The position numbers and the translations under genes were made by a program. Source: Trichoplax adhaerens (taxonomy: Eukaryota > Animalia > Placozoa). From it: DNA of 64,000 bases. Below the pieces are notes generated by a model. The model was given only the letters and a program-made list of their open reading frames with translations, was not told the origin of the DNA and did no database searches. The number at the start of each line of letters is the position of its first letter. Positions within the stretch are counted from its first letter, which is position 1. The DNA is taken from positions 1,908,911-1,972,910 of the forward strand of contig NW_002060944.1 in assembly GCF_000150275.1 (NCBI RefSeq), given 5' to 3'. Shown here in pieces: positions 1-13,813 of the stretch.

Positions 1-361
1 CAAGGCCAATTCATTACCTACCACAAACTGTTAACTGGTATACAGTATGAAGCAGTAATTGACCATTAGATATTATTCACGATTTTTCGTATAATTAACA
101 ATAAATATCTAGTGATTGTAATCTATTTCAAATATTCAACAGGATTACAGTGTAGTTTGTATAAGTTTGATCGCCACGTTGCATGAAAAGTAGATGAACG
201 CGGATAAGGTAATCCCTTAGCAGAAGTGGACAATTATACAAGTTGGCACATAAATAAATACAACGTGAGCAAACCAGAATTCAATGTAAAATTTTGCCAT
301 TAACGTGAGAATAGCATTCTTAATTCACTTAGCTAACACCACATAATGGTATTTATATCAT

Positions 362-1119
362 TTAAGTCAGATTTTTCTTCTTGCGGGTTTCAGTAGCAAT
401 ATTTTGATGCAATTTTTCAAGTCTATCCTAGAATGATTCAAGTGATAATTTAGGGAAACTAGAAATGCAATATCAAGTTTGCTACTAGTATGGCATACCT
501 TAATCAAAGCTATACTTGTATAAGAACTATATCTTAGTTAATATGCTCACCTTAGAGTTCTGGAGGATCGTATTGACACTAGAGACTTTGCGCTTCGCTA
601 ATTGTAATCTTTTTATGTAGGAGTCTAGAGGTATAGGGATGTCCTGCAACTTATGAAGTTCTCTTAAATCTAAGAGATAATGATTTATTTATTTAATCAA
701 AGATACATTCTGTAGTGATTTCGTTTTAGGCGTTGGTAATTATTAAATGAAGCGTTCTTACCAACAATCAATCTTAAGATATTTTCATCCAATAGTGACT
801 GCGTAGCCCTTTTTTTTACAATAAGCAGGTTTAGGTGAAATATGTCACTGTGTACCCTTAATACTATAGCTCGTGACCGGATTACAGTAAAGTACAGTAC
901 TGTATACACGATTTTTATCTATTACTGTAATTATAGTTATCGCTACAATTGCAAGTTATAATCAGTTAAATTAACTTATTGCTTGCTGAGTTTCAATTTT
1001 TGTTACCTAACGTTTTCCAATTTGCCGTTTAAACGTTCCAGGATTGGATGCAATAAATTAAAAATGCCATCGGATAGGTTATCGTGACGTTCTAACGCAT
1101 CATTTTTAGAGGCGTCCAT
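362..1119 (-). CDS. SNAPIN: Snapin (BLOC-1 subunit), 4 coding exons
   Basis: Spliced translation MDASKNDALERHDNLSDGIFNLLHPILERLNGKLENVR|ATQSLLDENILRLIV|ELHKLQDIPIPLDSYIKRLQLAKRKVSSVNTILQNSK|DRLEKLHQNIATETRKKKNLT* matches Snapin motifs (LDPYVKKL..ARRRV..VNNILQNAQERL); GT-AG introns. Largely missed by the ORF track. Confidence 0.88.
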
Positions 1120-1254
1120 GCTACAGCTGCTAACTTTCACCCTGCAGTCACGCAGCTTTTAGGTACGTACAGACGGTACAGTAGAGTAGAGTAGAATTCA
1201 AAGTGGGTTTTTTTACTCGTAGGGACTAGAAGTTCTACAGTATTAGTGTGAAAT

Positions 1255-1590
1255 ACAGTACAGTACTCTACTAAATTGCGACCCTGGTGAAATCAAGTAT
1301 CGTAAATCATTCCAAATCAGATTTAATTTAATTTAATACTGAAGGGGCATATTACTGTACAGTACACTATACAGTTTGTACTAAACAGTGTAGTAGATTA
1401 CAGTACAGTACAGTACTGTACAATATTTGTTCCTAATCCCGTATACAGTACTGTATTGTACAGTACACTACAGTACAGTACACGTACAAACTGTACAAAT
1501 TTTTGACTGCGTCACAGACTAACTGTACAGTACAATGTATGTATAGTATAGTAGATACTGTAGAACGATATGTGTAGACACAGTGTAGTA
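1255..1590. repeat. TACAG/CTGTA palindromic pentamer array between divergent SNAPIN and DBR1 starts
   Basis: e.g. tacagtacagtacagtactgtaca, tacagtactgtattgtacagtac; both orientations interleaved. Confidence 0.85.
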
Positions 1591-2130
1591 CAGATCCAGA
1601 TTAAGAATTTTAAAGTTAAAGAAGATGGAATATTAAAAACTACTAATTTATCCGCTCTTTCCGATCTTACATTGACGATATTAATTGTGTAACACTGCAA
1701 AATCTCCTGTGTATACGATCTAACCTATGCGAAGCCTTCCCGCTTTTAAGAGGTGTGCGTATGCTTCTGCTTGATTACTACTGATAATTACTACTGATAA
1801 TTAATTACCGTATATAATTAGTACTGTACTAGAAACCTCTGCATTATATATAAATAAATACATTATACATAATATATTTATGGACTGCTTTGGCCCTAAG
1901 TTATAATATAATTTATTTGCCGCGCCCGGAACCTGATATAGAGTGTTAAATCTCTATTTAGCGGGTTATCAGCTGTTTATTAGTATGGACATGGACCGAC
2001 TGTCTTTTAACCTATGCTTTTCACACTACTTAAGTACTTTATGCACGAATTGCTAATTCGCTTTTATACGAATTAATTCAAACTTATAATAATAAATTCT
2101 AGTTTATATTCGAAGACCGTTTTGAAGAAA

Positions 2131-5100
2131 ATGAAGGTAACCATTTGTATTAGAATACTGTCCCCAGTGACTCATGGAAGTGACAACGAAATGGCTAATG
2201 TTTATTATTTCGGTACTGCATATCATATAAACATTGATCTATCATATCTGCTGCATGTGCTACAGATCGCAATTGAGGGTTGCTGTCATGGAGAGCTGGA
2301 TAACATTTATGCTACATTAAGGCACATGGAATCGACGAAAGGAATAAAGATTGATTTATTAATCTGCTGTGGAGATTTTCAGGTATTTGAAGTTTAAATG
2401 GTCTTCTATGGTTTATTGATGCTTATGGATTTGTCATTTAATTTTTTAGTGATTTAGCAGTCTTTGCATCTTTGCTAGCCTTTAATTAAGTACTGTACAT
2501 TTACAGTGCTTGTGATGCTGTCTGTACTTGTAGGTAGTTTTTTGGTCGATTACTGTAATTATATTAATTATAATTCGACTTGTAATCGCGTGTTCAATTT
2601 CAATAATTCTATTAAGCTCATAAATTAATTAGCTTCGCCTTCTTAGCTTATTTTAGAGATCTGGTGATCTTTAGTTTGTATCCCGTGCATTAATTAAATG
2701 TAGTAATTATAACAGTTGTTACCAATCTTGTAACTACAGTATACGTATCATATAAAGGATAATGCAATACCCAGCATTTAGTATTCGTATAAGGGAGCAG
2801 TATTGGTTGTACAGCAATCAGCAATATAAGAGAATCAATCAATGCTTGTACCATATGCACTGTATGTCAGTATATCAACTAATCAACAGTAATAACTAGA
2901 GTTTATAACCCATTGACTCCAAGCAGACCATGACGGAGTGGAGAAGCTATGCACAATTTACTAATGAGTGAATTGTTACTATCCGCAACCCTTCCTCCGT
3001 TAAAAACCCCGTCTTTAATACCCTCGATGATGGATTATACCGTAGGGTGTCTGCAGAATTTACAGTAAACCTGCCTAACACTTGCAAGTCCTAACCATAG
3101 AGGTTCTTCCCTATGGTTCTAACGTAGCTATTATATGTCAATATTTCATATGTGACATAAAACGTTAAAATAGGCTTGAAGTTAACTTAAATTTACATCT
3201 CTATATTTAATGATCTACCGCCACATACGTTGCAATTCAGATACTACTAGTACAAATTCACGTCGCTTTGCTGACGGTTTACGATAATGTACTTATTTGT
3301 TAATAATTAACAGATAGTATTACCATTCGACATTATTTATATCCTGGTAATAGCCAGGCACTACTATATTCACAGCTATGCTGGTAGAATACTACTTTTC
3401 AATAATGACTTCACGGATGAAATGCTATATTAAGATTAGTTAATGGTCCAAAGCACATTATGATAACTAATGTACGGTGATGGACATACCAAGTTAAGAT
3501 TAGCAGGTACTGTATATCTACAGTGCGGTAGAATGCCCTTCGTACTGTGGTCAATTCTATACCAATCATATAATGTGTCTAAGGATCGCTTGGGTATGCA
3601 AGCAAAGCTTGCTCTGTCGATAGTAACCGTTATAAGAAAATGTAACAATCAAAATGGCTGTGTAGAAAACTCTATAAAGATTCTATGCTTATTCAATTTT
3701 CATCAGAGTATTACATGAAATCAAAATTTAAAGGCCCAGTGGCTACCCTTAGCGATATAGCGAATACTATTTTTATAATCAGTACTCTGCAGAAATTACT
3801 ACCTTAGAGCTATTCGTTTTACATGAAGAAATGTTGAGGTAAAAAGTACTGTAAGAATCTTATACTGACCTATTTAAGTTAAGTGAAGATATCATATGCA
3901 CGTAATTAGCTTTATTAGCTGTTTCAATCCGACAGTGATGCTATGCTCGTAAACCCTTTCTAAAGTTGGTCAATAAATTCTTAAGATACAGTGTGATGAT
4001 TTCTTTGTAAGGAGAGCATGCCATGGTACTGTACAGGCATAGAGAATATCTGATTCAACTATCTATACGACTAAACAGTTTTAGGGATAGTATGAATTAT
4101 GTATAGATATTTATGTATCAGGACGAACTTAATCTAAATAAGATTACAAATGTGCTGTGGATAATATTTAATTTGAAATTTTCTACCTTTATTTGCATTC
4201 TACGCAAGGCGGTTCGAAATCAGGCGGATTTGCATAGCATGGCGGTTCCGACTAAATATCGAAAAATGCAGTCGTTTCATAAGGTATATAAGAGTTGTAG
4301 TACATTATATTGTACTGTCGAATTGCTGAAAGATTATATTGTACTGAAGGTTTGCATCAGCTTACTGTAGTATCCGTACGTTTTCTATGTGTACAATATG
4401 AAGCTACATTTTAGAGGAGAAATCGTCTCTTTTAAATTGGTGTCAAAATTTTGATTGTTACTATTTCCGTGAATTTATGATCAAATGACACTATGTTAGA
4501 TGTAGAATGTATAAATTTGTTAATTTTTAGATAAACCAGTTCTTTCTGCGTGCAAGCACTGTACACTTAAAGTCGAAATCCTGCGCAGCTACAGATTTGC
4601 GCTCCATAACACAAACAAACTTTACCAAGTGAAATCTTGAAAAATAAACACTGCTTAAATATAAATCTAGTCCTGGAGCAATTATTTGGAGTTTATTCTT
4701 GCAAGTGATGTATTATTGTTCGACAGTGTATGCAAAATTATATAACTTAAAGTGAACATTTACTATATTTACAGTATTATTCTGGTGAAAAAGTTGCCCC
4801 CATTTTGACGGTATTCATTGGTGGTAATCATGAATCTTCATCGTATCTTTGGGAGCTGTTAGATCTATAATAATAATAAATAATCAATCACATTTTAAGA
4901 TTTTTGTAGTTCTTAACGGTGGCTATCATTGTTCATTGTGCTATGCTATTTTCAGACCTTACGGAGGCTGGGTGTGCCCAAATGTCTACTACTTGGGATA
5001 TGCTGGGATGGTCTCTTACAAGGGTTTACGGATCGGAGGAATTTCAGGGATTTATAAAAAGCATCATTATCATTTAGGTAAGTTTTAACAATCTACATTA

Positions 5101-7421
5101 TGAAACTTACCGTATTAACTGACCAGAAGTAACAGTCATTAGTTTCTGAGATTGATTCGAGTTCCAGTTTTCGTTTGATGTTTAGCACTTTTTATTTGAA
5201 CTGACATTGGAATTCTCACAAGTGTTTAAATATTAGTCTTTAGTGTCATGACTTATCTCTACATTGTATATATGGTCAAGTAATACTTTGCTGCTTAGCA
5301 TAATAGGTCGATTGTCGATTTGTGCCTTTTAGCATCGTACAATGTTACAAGTACAACTTGTCCTCGACTTTTTAAACTCGAATTGGCGAGACTTGCCACA
5401 TTTTTTAGAAATTTGGAATACAATGCGATGCACGTTCATACTAAAGGATTTTTACATCCTATCTAATCTGTATACGTATACTGATGTCATACTGATCGTA
5501 TACTCCATATCGCTATAGTTTACAGCTATTTTGTGGTACAATGAGAGCATGTCATTAGATTTTTTGCCGGATATATTTAACAATGATGAATGATTTTATA
5601 AAATTAACTATTGTATCTCTAAGTGATAGGATGCATTTATACACGTAAAACAACCTATAGCATTAGCAATTATGTAGCAATGTACTTTATGGAGTAGTAT
5701 GTCTTTCGAACCGTAACATCATGAAACATAGTCAACTATCATACGATCAATAGAGCATTTCGAAATTCCACCGCTTCACAACGAGAGCTGCCGAAGCATA
5801 TATCATACTCGAAAAATCGATGTTGATAAACTTAAAAAGGTATATTTTTTATTTTACTGATAACATGACGATATAACCGTAAGGGTCTTCCTCTCATTTT
5901 CAGATAAAAAAGCCTATAGATATCTTTTTTTCGCATGATTGGCCACTTGGTATTTACAACTATGGGGATAAGAGAGATCTAATCAGACGCAAACCCTTCT
6001 TCAAGGATGAGGTAGGATCATTCTGAATAAATTTGTGTCGTATTTGAATTAAGTTAAAATCTAATTTGTTTAGATCGACAGAAATGCTCTAGGAAGCCCT
6101 TGCGGTTTCGAACTGCTTCGCCAATTACAACCTTCCTATTGGTTTGCAGGACACTTACATGTAAAATTTGCAGCTATTGTTCCTCATGAAAATCGAGAAA
6201 AGCAACCAAAATATACTAAATTTCTGGCGTTAGATAAATGTTTACCCAATCGAGATTTCTTACAAGTATATATAGTACTTCAGAATCACAGCTGTTTTTC
6301 GCGCTTTTCTAGTATGACAGTGTCATTTATGCTATGTGCCTGTCTGCGTAGTATGTAATATTACATCACTAAATATGTTGCTACTCGGTATCATTTTAGA
6401 TCCTTGAATTTGCTGAAAAGGATCCTGAAATAATGAATTTATCCTATGACCTAGAATGGCTAAAGATTCTAAATTCTACACATCCAGTTGGGTGCGTCGA
6501 TAATTTATGTGCATTAAATGTAATTGTGGTACTATAGCTAATAATTACTTGCTGTAAAATTCAATATTCCTTTTATAAGTAATACCACTCATCTTCGCGC
6601 TGATGTGATGATAAATACTTATTTAGCGAGGAATTATCAGAAAACGAGATTCTTGATGCTTTTGGAACTGATTTAACGGTAAGTGTTGCACTGTCATTTT
6701 CGATCGGATGCGTTAGACGGCTAAAATCATGTGCAAACGAAAATGTTAGATTCCGAAAAACTTTGAGAGGTCTGCTCCACTGCATTTAGATAATGCTGTA
6801 CAAGGTAAATAATTCGTATTTTGATATGAATAAGCTAGCAATGTGTTGAACAGCTTGCCTTTTAAAGATACTTATGTATTTTCAAAGCTTCGAAAAGCTA
6901 CCACGAGAATTCACAGACGGCGAGGTTCTGTAACAAGTTGAAAATCATAAATCCTTGCCATTCAAGTAGTAAGTGTTATCGCTCTAAAGATATTCTTCGA
7001 TATAAAGAATACGGAAATTTGCTTAAATATAGCATTACTAAATAAAGACTGCCTGTTTCATGCTAAGATTTATTTGCATCATCTAGTATTGTACCGTAGT
7101 ATATATTTAACTATTTGAGGAAGTCATTTCTTAGATCGAGATTGATTTGAACGATGTGATCGTTATATAAAAATGCCTTTTGTTTTCCTTAATGAATTTA
7201 TGATTATAATGATAGGTGTCGCTTCAAAGCCGATGTTACGTGATCCCGTTGTAAATCCAGAAGATATTGATTTTAATAATGTTAAGTATGCGGAGGTTCA
7301 GAATGAACTTAATTTAGATAGCAATCAGTCTGATTGCAAACAACATATTAGGCAAAGTGAAAGGCCTTATTGTTTGACTAATCCTATCAATCCTGATGAG
7401 ATTGCGATCGATGATGAATAG
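2131..7421 (+). CDS. DBR1: Lariat debranching enzyme, about 12 coding exons
   Basis: MK|[12 protein letters not shown]...ICCGDFQ|AVRN...|[21 protein letters not shown]|[14 protein letters not shown]|...SHDWP...|...[10 protein letters not shown]...[17 protein letters not shown]; C-terminal NPDEI; GT-AG splice sites keep the frame. Confidence 0.95.
3088..3123. mobile_element. 20-bp CATAG...CTATG mini inverted-repeat insertion with near-perfect 8-bp target duplication (hAT-like)
   Basis: gtcctaac CATAGAGGTTCTTCCCTATG gttctaac. Confidence 0.45.
3247..3875 (-). mobile_element. Non-autonomous Helitron copy A, in DBR1 intron 2
   Basis: Roughly 90% identical by eye to 37587-37710 plus 38197-38665; minus-strand end ccgtcagcaaagcgacgtgaatttgtaCTAG|t is a subterminal hairpin followed by CTAG, and homology stops there. 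Confidence 0.75.
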
Positions 7422-7965
7422 CAGTGTTATCATGCCACTGTTTCCAATTTTTACGATTCTAAGCTAATTCAAGACCAACGATGTTATTGTTGCAGTAGCG
7501 ATACAAGTAAACCTTCAAACTTTTGTATCTTTATGGAAGCTCAATAAATTATATGAGACCAAAATAAATACAGTATACTGTATAATTTTTAGATATTAGA
7601 ATTCTTTGCATTCTAATGAAGAAGACAATAGATATCCAAAAGTCTAGAAGTATTCTGAATGACAGTAAGAAAAAGGCCATGTCTATAATAAATGAAAATT
7701 ACTCCCAGAGTATTATGAAGTTTAGTTTGCACATGTCCACACGAATTGGACTTGATATAGTAAGTAATTTAAACAGATAAAGCTACACACTTCTAGTAAG
7801 ATACATAACAAACGCAGACAGTAAAAATAATACTATCAAAATATCTTTAATGTTTGTCAGTTTACAAATTAATTATCCTAATAATTTACATATACTATGC
7901 ATTTAGATCAAGTGACCGCAAGCACAAATTGTAACAATATAGTCAGTAAATAAATTTATTTCAAT

Positions 7966-10251
7966 TTAAATTGATTTCTTTTCCTTTTCAAGGTAGTCCT
8001 TAGCTTCATTTATTTTCGCTGCCAGGTATGGGGAACCACCTAGAAAATATCAAGATAATATCTAATTAAAACTAACAGAAAATAGACATGTATTCAATAA
8101 GTGTATGAAGCAATCATAGTGCTCAGTATCACCTCTATCCGGATGATTCAGCAACATAATTCTTCTATGGGCTTCTCTAACTCGTTCTTTACCTGATGTA
8201 GAGCTATTAATAGTAAACTTTAATGTTAATGTCTCGATAACGGCTATGTTGTAGTAAGCGCAAACTGATGCTACTATACTGATACTGCAGTTTATAATTG
8301 CAATCCTTAATCAAGGTTACAAATTACCTGAATATATAAAGTTTACCATTAGATATACAATATATACAACCTTATTCCCAAGATTAAGCCAGCTTCTCTT
8401 CTTGTCATTTTTTCCTCAAATCCGCCTTTATAATATCCTTTTAAATTCTAGGCACAGAAAATATAAAATATATATATACACTCATTCTGAAGAATACGTT
8501 ATTGCTTAGCTAAAGAATGAGAGAGAATACCATACTACTCAGTACACCCATATGACAAAATGAAAATTGTAATCATTAAACGATATATCTTTACATTTTC
8601 CCGCGAAACAGAAGAATTTAAGAGACTGATATTAATGCAGTGAGATCCATCAAACGGACAATTCTCATTACATTGTCAAAAAAGAAGTATCAAATTTAAA
8701 AAAAATATTTAACTTAAGGACGGCACGCAATCACTAAGTACTATAGTTGGTATTTACTTATCGTACTTGTATTTATGATAAAAGTGGTATTCATGAATAT
8801 TTATTCGGGTGTATGGTGCTATAAAAATGCAGTAATGAGGGTGAGATGGACAATCCCTTGCAATAGAGTCAATAACTGTTTTATCAATCGTAGACTACTA
8901 TACTATAAAAATAGTACAGTGCCCTCGTAGTCCAGGCCTAACGTTTATAGGGAATCTCGTTCCAATTTTAGCCGTCAGCTATCACTCGTAAGTTTTGAGA
9001 TCTCAAGGCTATTGATATTGATTGACCTAGAGCATTGTTACTATTAAAAGTGTCGCTAGAAAGCTATAAAATTGCTATTACAAAGCAAAATCGTGGCATG
9101 AACCTAGAACTGCAACTAACGACTCACCAGCTTCGGCACTGTAATCGATATGTTTGAAGATTTTATCCTTTGCATGGCAATCATTGCCCATCTTCCTGGA
9201 ATGAATTTAAAGCCATGAACAAAATGTTGTATTGCAAAAAATGTAACTTTAACTTAAAAATTTAACGAAACAAATTACTCTGCAATTATACTTTGATACT
9301 AACTAGCATTAAATGAATTGGCACTTAAAGGGTCGAATACACTAGTAATAAATACGTACGTATGTCGTATGTACAGTATATCCATTGTAGTCATTTTGGT
9401 ATTACTGTATTTACGTTGTATCTGTGTAAACCGCACATTGCACTGTAGTTGAAATTTTTGTGACAATTTTTTATTACTAATATACTGTATTACCATTAAT
9501 TTGCGAATTGTAACGGCAAAGCGGTATGGGAATACAGTAACAGAGGCGAGCGATATTCGATAGCTATAGTTACTTCATAAATTTGAAATGTACACAGTAC
9601 TATTATTTCACTTATAACTGCAATTTTCTTCTGGCGTCGACTGCTACAGATCGGGGTCAGACTATCATAATACAGTACTGTAATACGTATCTGCATCAAT
9701 GTTGCAATGTCTTGAGATCTAATGAGCTGTTTTGCCTGGTACACTGTAGTAGGCCTTATTTACAAAATTTTAAATGGAGAATACCTGTAGGCACTACTAG
9801 AGAGAAAGGCATATGGGTGGAATACAGCAATAGCACTTACTAGTAATACAGTACTATTAAGATCGTATCGTAATTTTAAATTGATCATATTAATAAAGTT
9901 CAGTCTCCAATTAAAATTTGTAATGCAAGAAAGAAAACTGATGCTGTAGCAGTCAATCTTTTCTAAACCAAACTGTGACGAGTAGGTTTTTGAATATAAG
10001 GTTGGAGATTGATCAGCATTTTCAACGCATACACTCCAGCTTTACCGAATGTTAAAAACTGATCTTTAAGTTCGGATCATATTACACAATTACGTTTGAT
10101 TATTTGAAAAAACCTTGAAATTTTTACCTCCGAGAGCAATACCAGCTAATCCAAGGCCAGCAACAATTAATGAACTCTGTAAGTAAAGTTTAGTTATTAG
10201 TTAAAATAATTAAACAAAATAAATGAGTCCCGATATGCATTAGTATACCAT
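7966..10251 (-). CDS. DNAJC19: Mitochondrial import motor J-protein TIM14/PAM18, 6 coding exons, first is ATG only
   Basis: M|SSLIVAGLGLAGIALGG|RWAMIAMQ...|NLKGYYKGGFEEKMTRREAGLILGI|...REAHRRIMLLNHPDRG|GSPYLAAKINEAKDYL; HPD motif. Confidence 0.93.
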
Positions 10252-10404
10252 CCTAAAAATTTTGACGTCGACGACTTTTGTCTTGTCCGTTAACGCTAAT
10301 GCTTAATATTAATTTATTAAATCTATTTCGAAGTAAGTACTATAATTAGTTATACGTGCACAGTGTAACCGATGTGCAGGCCAATAAGAGTGGCCAATTA
10401 TTAT

Positions 10405-10860
10405 TTTACAGTACTGGTCATTGCATCACGGTACTGTACTGTACATGCATAGCATGCCTACAGAGTACAGTACACTGCACTGTATGCTGTTCTACCGTGC
10501 TCCCTACAGTACCTTACTACTGTACAGTATACTGTACAGTACAGTACAGTACTGTACAGTACATGTTCTACTGTATTGTACTGTACAGTACGGTACAGGG
10601 TTGACTTTTCTGTCATCGGTTGATGCCAGTGATGTAATCATTTTGTACACTATACTGTACTGTACTGTACTGTCAAGTACAGTGTACACTGTACAGTCCT
10701 GTACGAGTGAAGAATCAACTGGTTATTATAGATTTGTAATTTATAAGAAAGATCGTCAGCAAGGCGACGAGTGATCGTACTAATACAATAGTAAAACAGT
10801 ACTGCAGTAGATCCTTATTGAAGTTGGACCTTAATAAAATTCACTCAACTGTACAAGTAC
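10405..10860. repeat. TACAG/CTGTA array between divergent DNAJC19 and STX8
   Basis: actgtacagtacagtacagtactgtacagtac and similar; source of the spurious YCTVQYST ORFs. Confidence 0.85.
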
Positions 10861-11436
10861 AGCCCGGCCTAAATTGTTTTGCACAGCACTGATGTACAAC
10901 AGTACAAGTAAACCCGTAAATAATAACAGGTTCGTTTGCTTTGCAAGTCATTATTTACGTTAAGCTAATTATATTATATTTATTTCATAATTATGTACGA
11001 TGTGCGTAAGCGTAACATAGCGTTATTCGTGGTTTATGTGGAGTACATGATACTGCTTAACAGGCGTTCATAAATGTAGAGTATGAGTACAGAATAGATT
11101 GGAATCAAATTCGTATAACTTTAGATAAATAGTTGTTACAACCAACCAATTTTCATGCAATCGTTTCGGATTCTTCGCTTTGTACGTTCAATTGTTGTAA
11201 CGGAAATATGCAATTCGTTAATTTATAGATACTCGTACATATCCTTGTATTACCTGCAAAGGAGTCATTGAAAGCCAACTATTATACAGCGCAAAATAAA
11301 AGCTTATAGGGTATAATAACAGATCAAGTATTAACCTTTAATCTAAGTGTAAATACTGTAACCTGTGAGGGAGAAGTTAAAGTTTGATCAGTGCAAACTT
11401 TCATGTGCTTTTTAGAGATTTACCCTAGGTCCCAGT

Positions 11437-12582
11437 ATGGAACGAGAACATATCGTCAGTGAGAGGTAAGTATTTATTGGTATCTGTGGTTAATATCAAG
11501 AACTTACTAATTCATTTGAGGCATTAATTATTAAAAATTTCTTCAGCTTTTGCTGCATGGAGTGATCTGTTTGTATAATATTATAAGTTATCTGTGCACT
11601 AGCCCATTTCGTTAGTCTTATCTGAAATTAGTCATAATCATTCTGTATATCTGTATCTTTACCTGACTTCATTTAATGGTGGTAAAGTATGATAGATTTT
11701 GGTCTTTATCCCTATCGTCATAGAGACGCTCTACTTGGCGACAACTTATACAGATATAATACACTAAACCCGAAAGAACCTGTTGCAATATATTCGAAAA
11801 ATGCTGACATGAAACAGCAACAGCAGCAAATAATGAAAGGTAATATTGTCTTAATAAGGTAAAATATTATGTATAAAATGAAACCGCTCGACTTATAACT
11901 TTCGCTAAGCTTCATGTAGTTTGCGTTCTCTGTGATCAAAATTAAAATAATTAAACACAATTCTATATCATTTCTTAAGAACAAGACGAAGGAATTGAAG
12001 CGTTATCTGCTGTAATTCAGCGCCAAAAAGAAATGAGTCATGCCATATCAAATGAAATCGAAACGCAAAATGGTTGATTTTCGTATTTTTTCTTAGCTAT
12101 TTGTGTGAAAGTAATATGCTTAATTGTTCTTACGGTCTTCGCTTCTAAAGACTATTTCTTTCGTGCATATACTCCTGTTAGATATCATAACGGAGATATC
12201 TGAAAATACTACTGATGTAGATATTAAAATCCAGTATGAAACCAGACGAGTCGATAGAATTACTACTAAAGCTTCCTTCTGTCGTAAGTAAATATATAGT
12301 AATTTGATGCTAATAAGATACTACGATGTGCTTGCTCGTCAGATTTTACATCATTGCCTAAAGTGTTGTTCTAGAATGTGAAGGACAGTGAGAAAAAGAT
12401 AGCAGTTACTACGTTACTATCTATACAAGAATCTTCAAATCTAACTTACCATTTCCTCCTTTTTACACATATGTCTAGTAATTATACGCATATCTATCCT
12501 CCTTTTACTAGTTACCTACCTAATCATATTTCTGCTACTACTTGCCATTATTATAATCGCTGCAGTTCCGTTTGGTAAATAA
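11437..12582 (+). CDS. STX8: Syntaxin-8-like Qc-SNARE, short form of about 136 aa (exons 11437-11465, 11724-11839, 11980-12072, 12182-12283, 12512-12582)
   Basis: MKQQQQQIMKEQDEGIEALSAVIQRQKEMSHAISNEIETQNDIITEISENTTDVDIKIQYETRRVDRITTKASFCLTYLIIFLLLLAIIIIAAVPFGK* parallels STX8 (QQQQKIIQEQDAGLDALSSIISRQKQMG..NELDEQN..ETRRV); C-terminal TM. Absent from ORF track; start codon less certain. Confidence 0.88.
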
Positions 12583-13813
12583 GCTAGATCAGGTATTGTA
12601 TTAGTCTGTATATACTCGTACAAAAAATTAATGGTGGCGCAATAAGAATTTTCGTAAAGTTGTTAAAGCTTGCAGTAAGTTACTAACAGTAAATAAATTT
12701 GCAAAATTACTTTATCTGAATTGAAAGGTGTGCACTATGTATAACTTGCGTGCCGATGATGAACTGTAAATCGAGTCATACTTCAAAAGGATATTACGAA
12801 GTTAACGCAACTACAGCTAGTGACGACTGGAGCACATAGGGATTTTTGAATGATTTGCGCTGTAATCTTTTACAGGACCCTTTGTCTACTTATCGTGGAA
12901 TATCTAAATGATTTCTTAGGCACTTTACATTAATCATAAGTACTCGTAATTATAAATTAAATCTGTTCAGGGATAAAAGCAGTGTGTCTCAAGTGAAATT
13001 AAAGGTGTAGAACTTTGACTTGCCTGTAAGGCAACTATAACTAAAATTGCACTGGCTTTTCTTAGGATCCAGTTTGTATGACACAGTATAATGTGATATC
13101 CTATATTTCAAAGCGGCAACACTAAATTACATAGATAATGTTTTACATACCATTGTATTTAAATGTCATGTTAATTAATTAGAATACTCGTTAAAAATTA
13201 GTGATGGATGCCTGAGTCGAAGGATCAAGTTATTGTATAGCTATATAGATTTGGTCAGCGATCTTAACTCTTGACGCATGAATTGTAAATTTTTACAGTT
13301 ATCAATATTCGATGCTATAAACGTTGCCGGCTTTCTGTATTAACTAGAATTTAATTGACAACTATATAGTTAACACTAGGTGAAATAACAGGTGATCCTG
13401 TTTTATATTCTTGAAGTATAGCATTACATAGTATTTTATCGCTACTCATTAGAATTTATAAATCTTATATTGTTTATGGTCCAGAATAAACTAACAGTTA
13501 AATTTATTCTATACAAGATTTATATTTATGAAATTGAAAGTGCAGATGCATACCATAAATTAGTTGATAAAATGTTATCCGATAATATGATTGTGGTATG
13601 CAAAAACAAATCAAAATGCTTTATTAATAAAGATTTACTTGAATTCTATCAAGGCAACAAATAAATATTGTTACGAGAAAATTGTCCGACATTGCGTTAC
13701 TGTAATAACATTGGTTACATTAAGATTAAGCATTATATAAAACTAACTAAATTGGAAAGCATTTGCATAGACGACGATTTGACACATTTTTCTCTAATAT
13801 TAAAAGATAATTA

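Noticed and set aside
10356-10774. ORFs rich in YCTVQYST (also 38742-38960, 44819-45131, 58859-59080)
   Set aside because: Translations of the pentamer arrays; open on both strands and several frames
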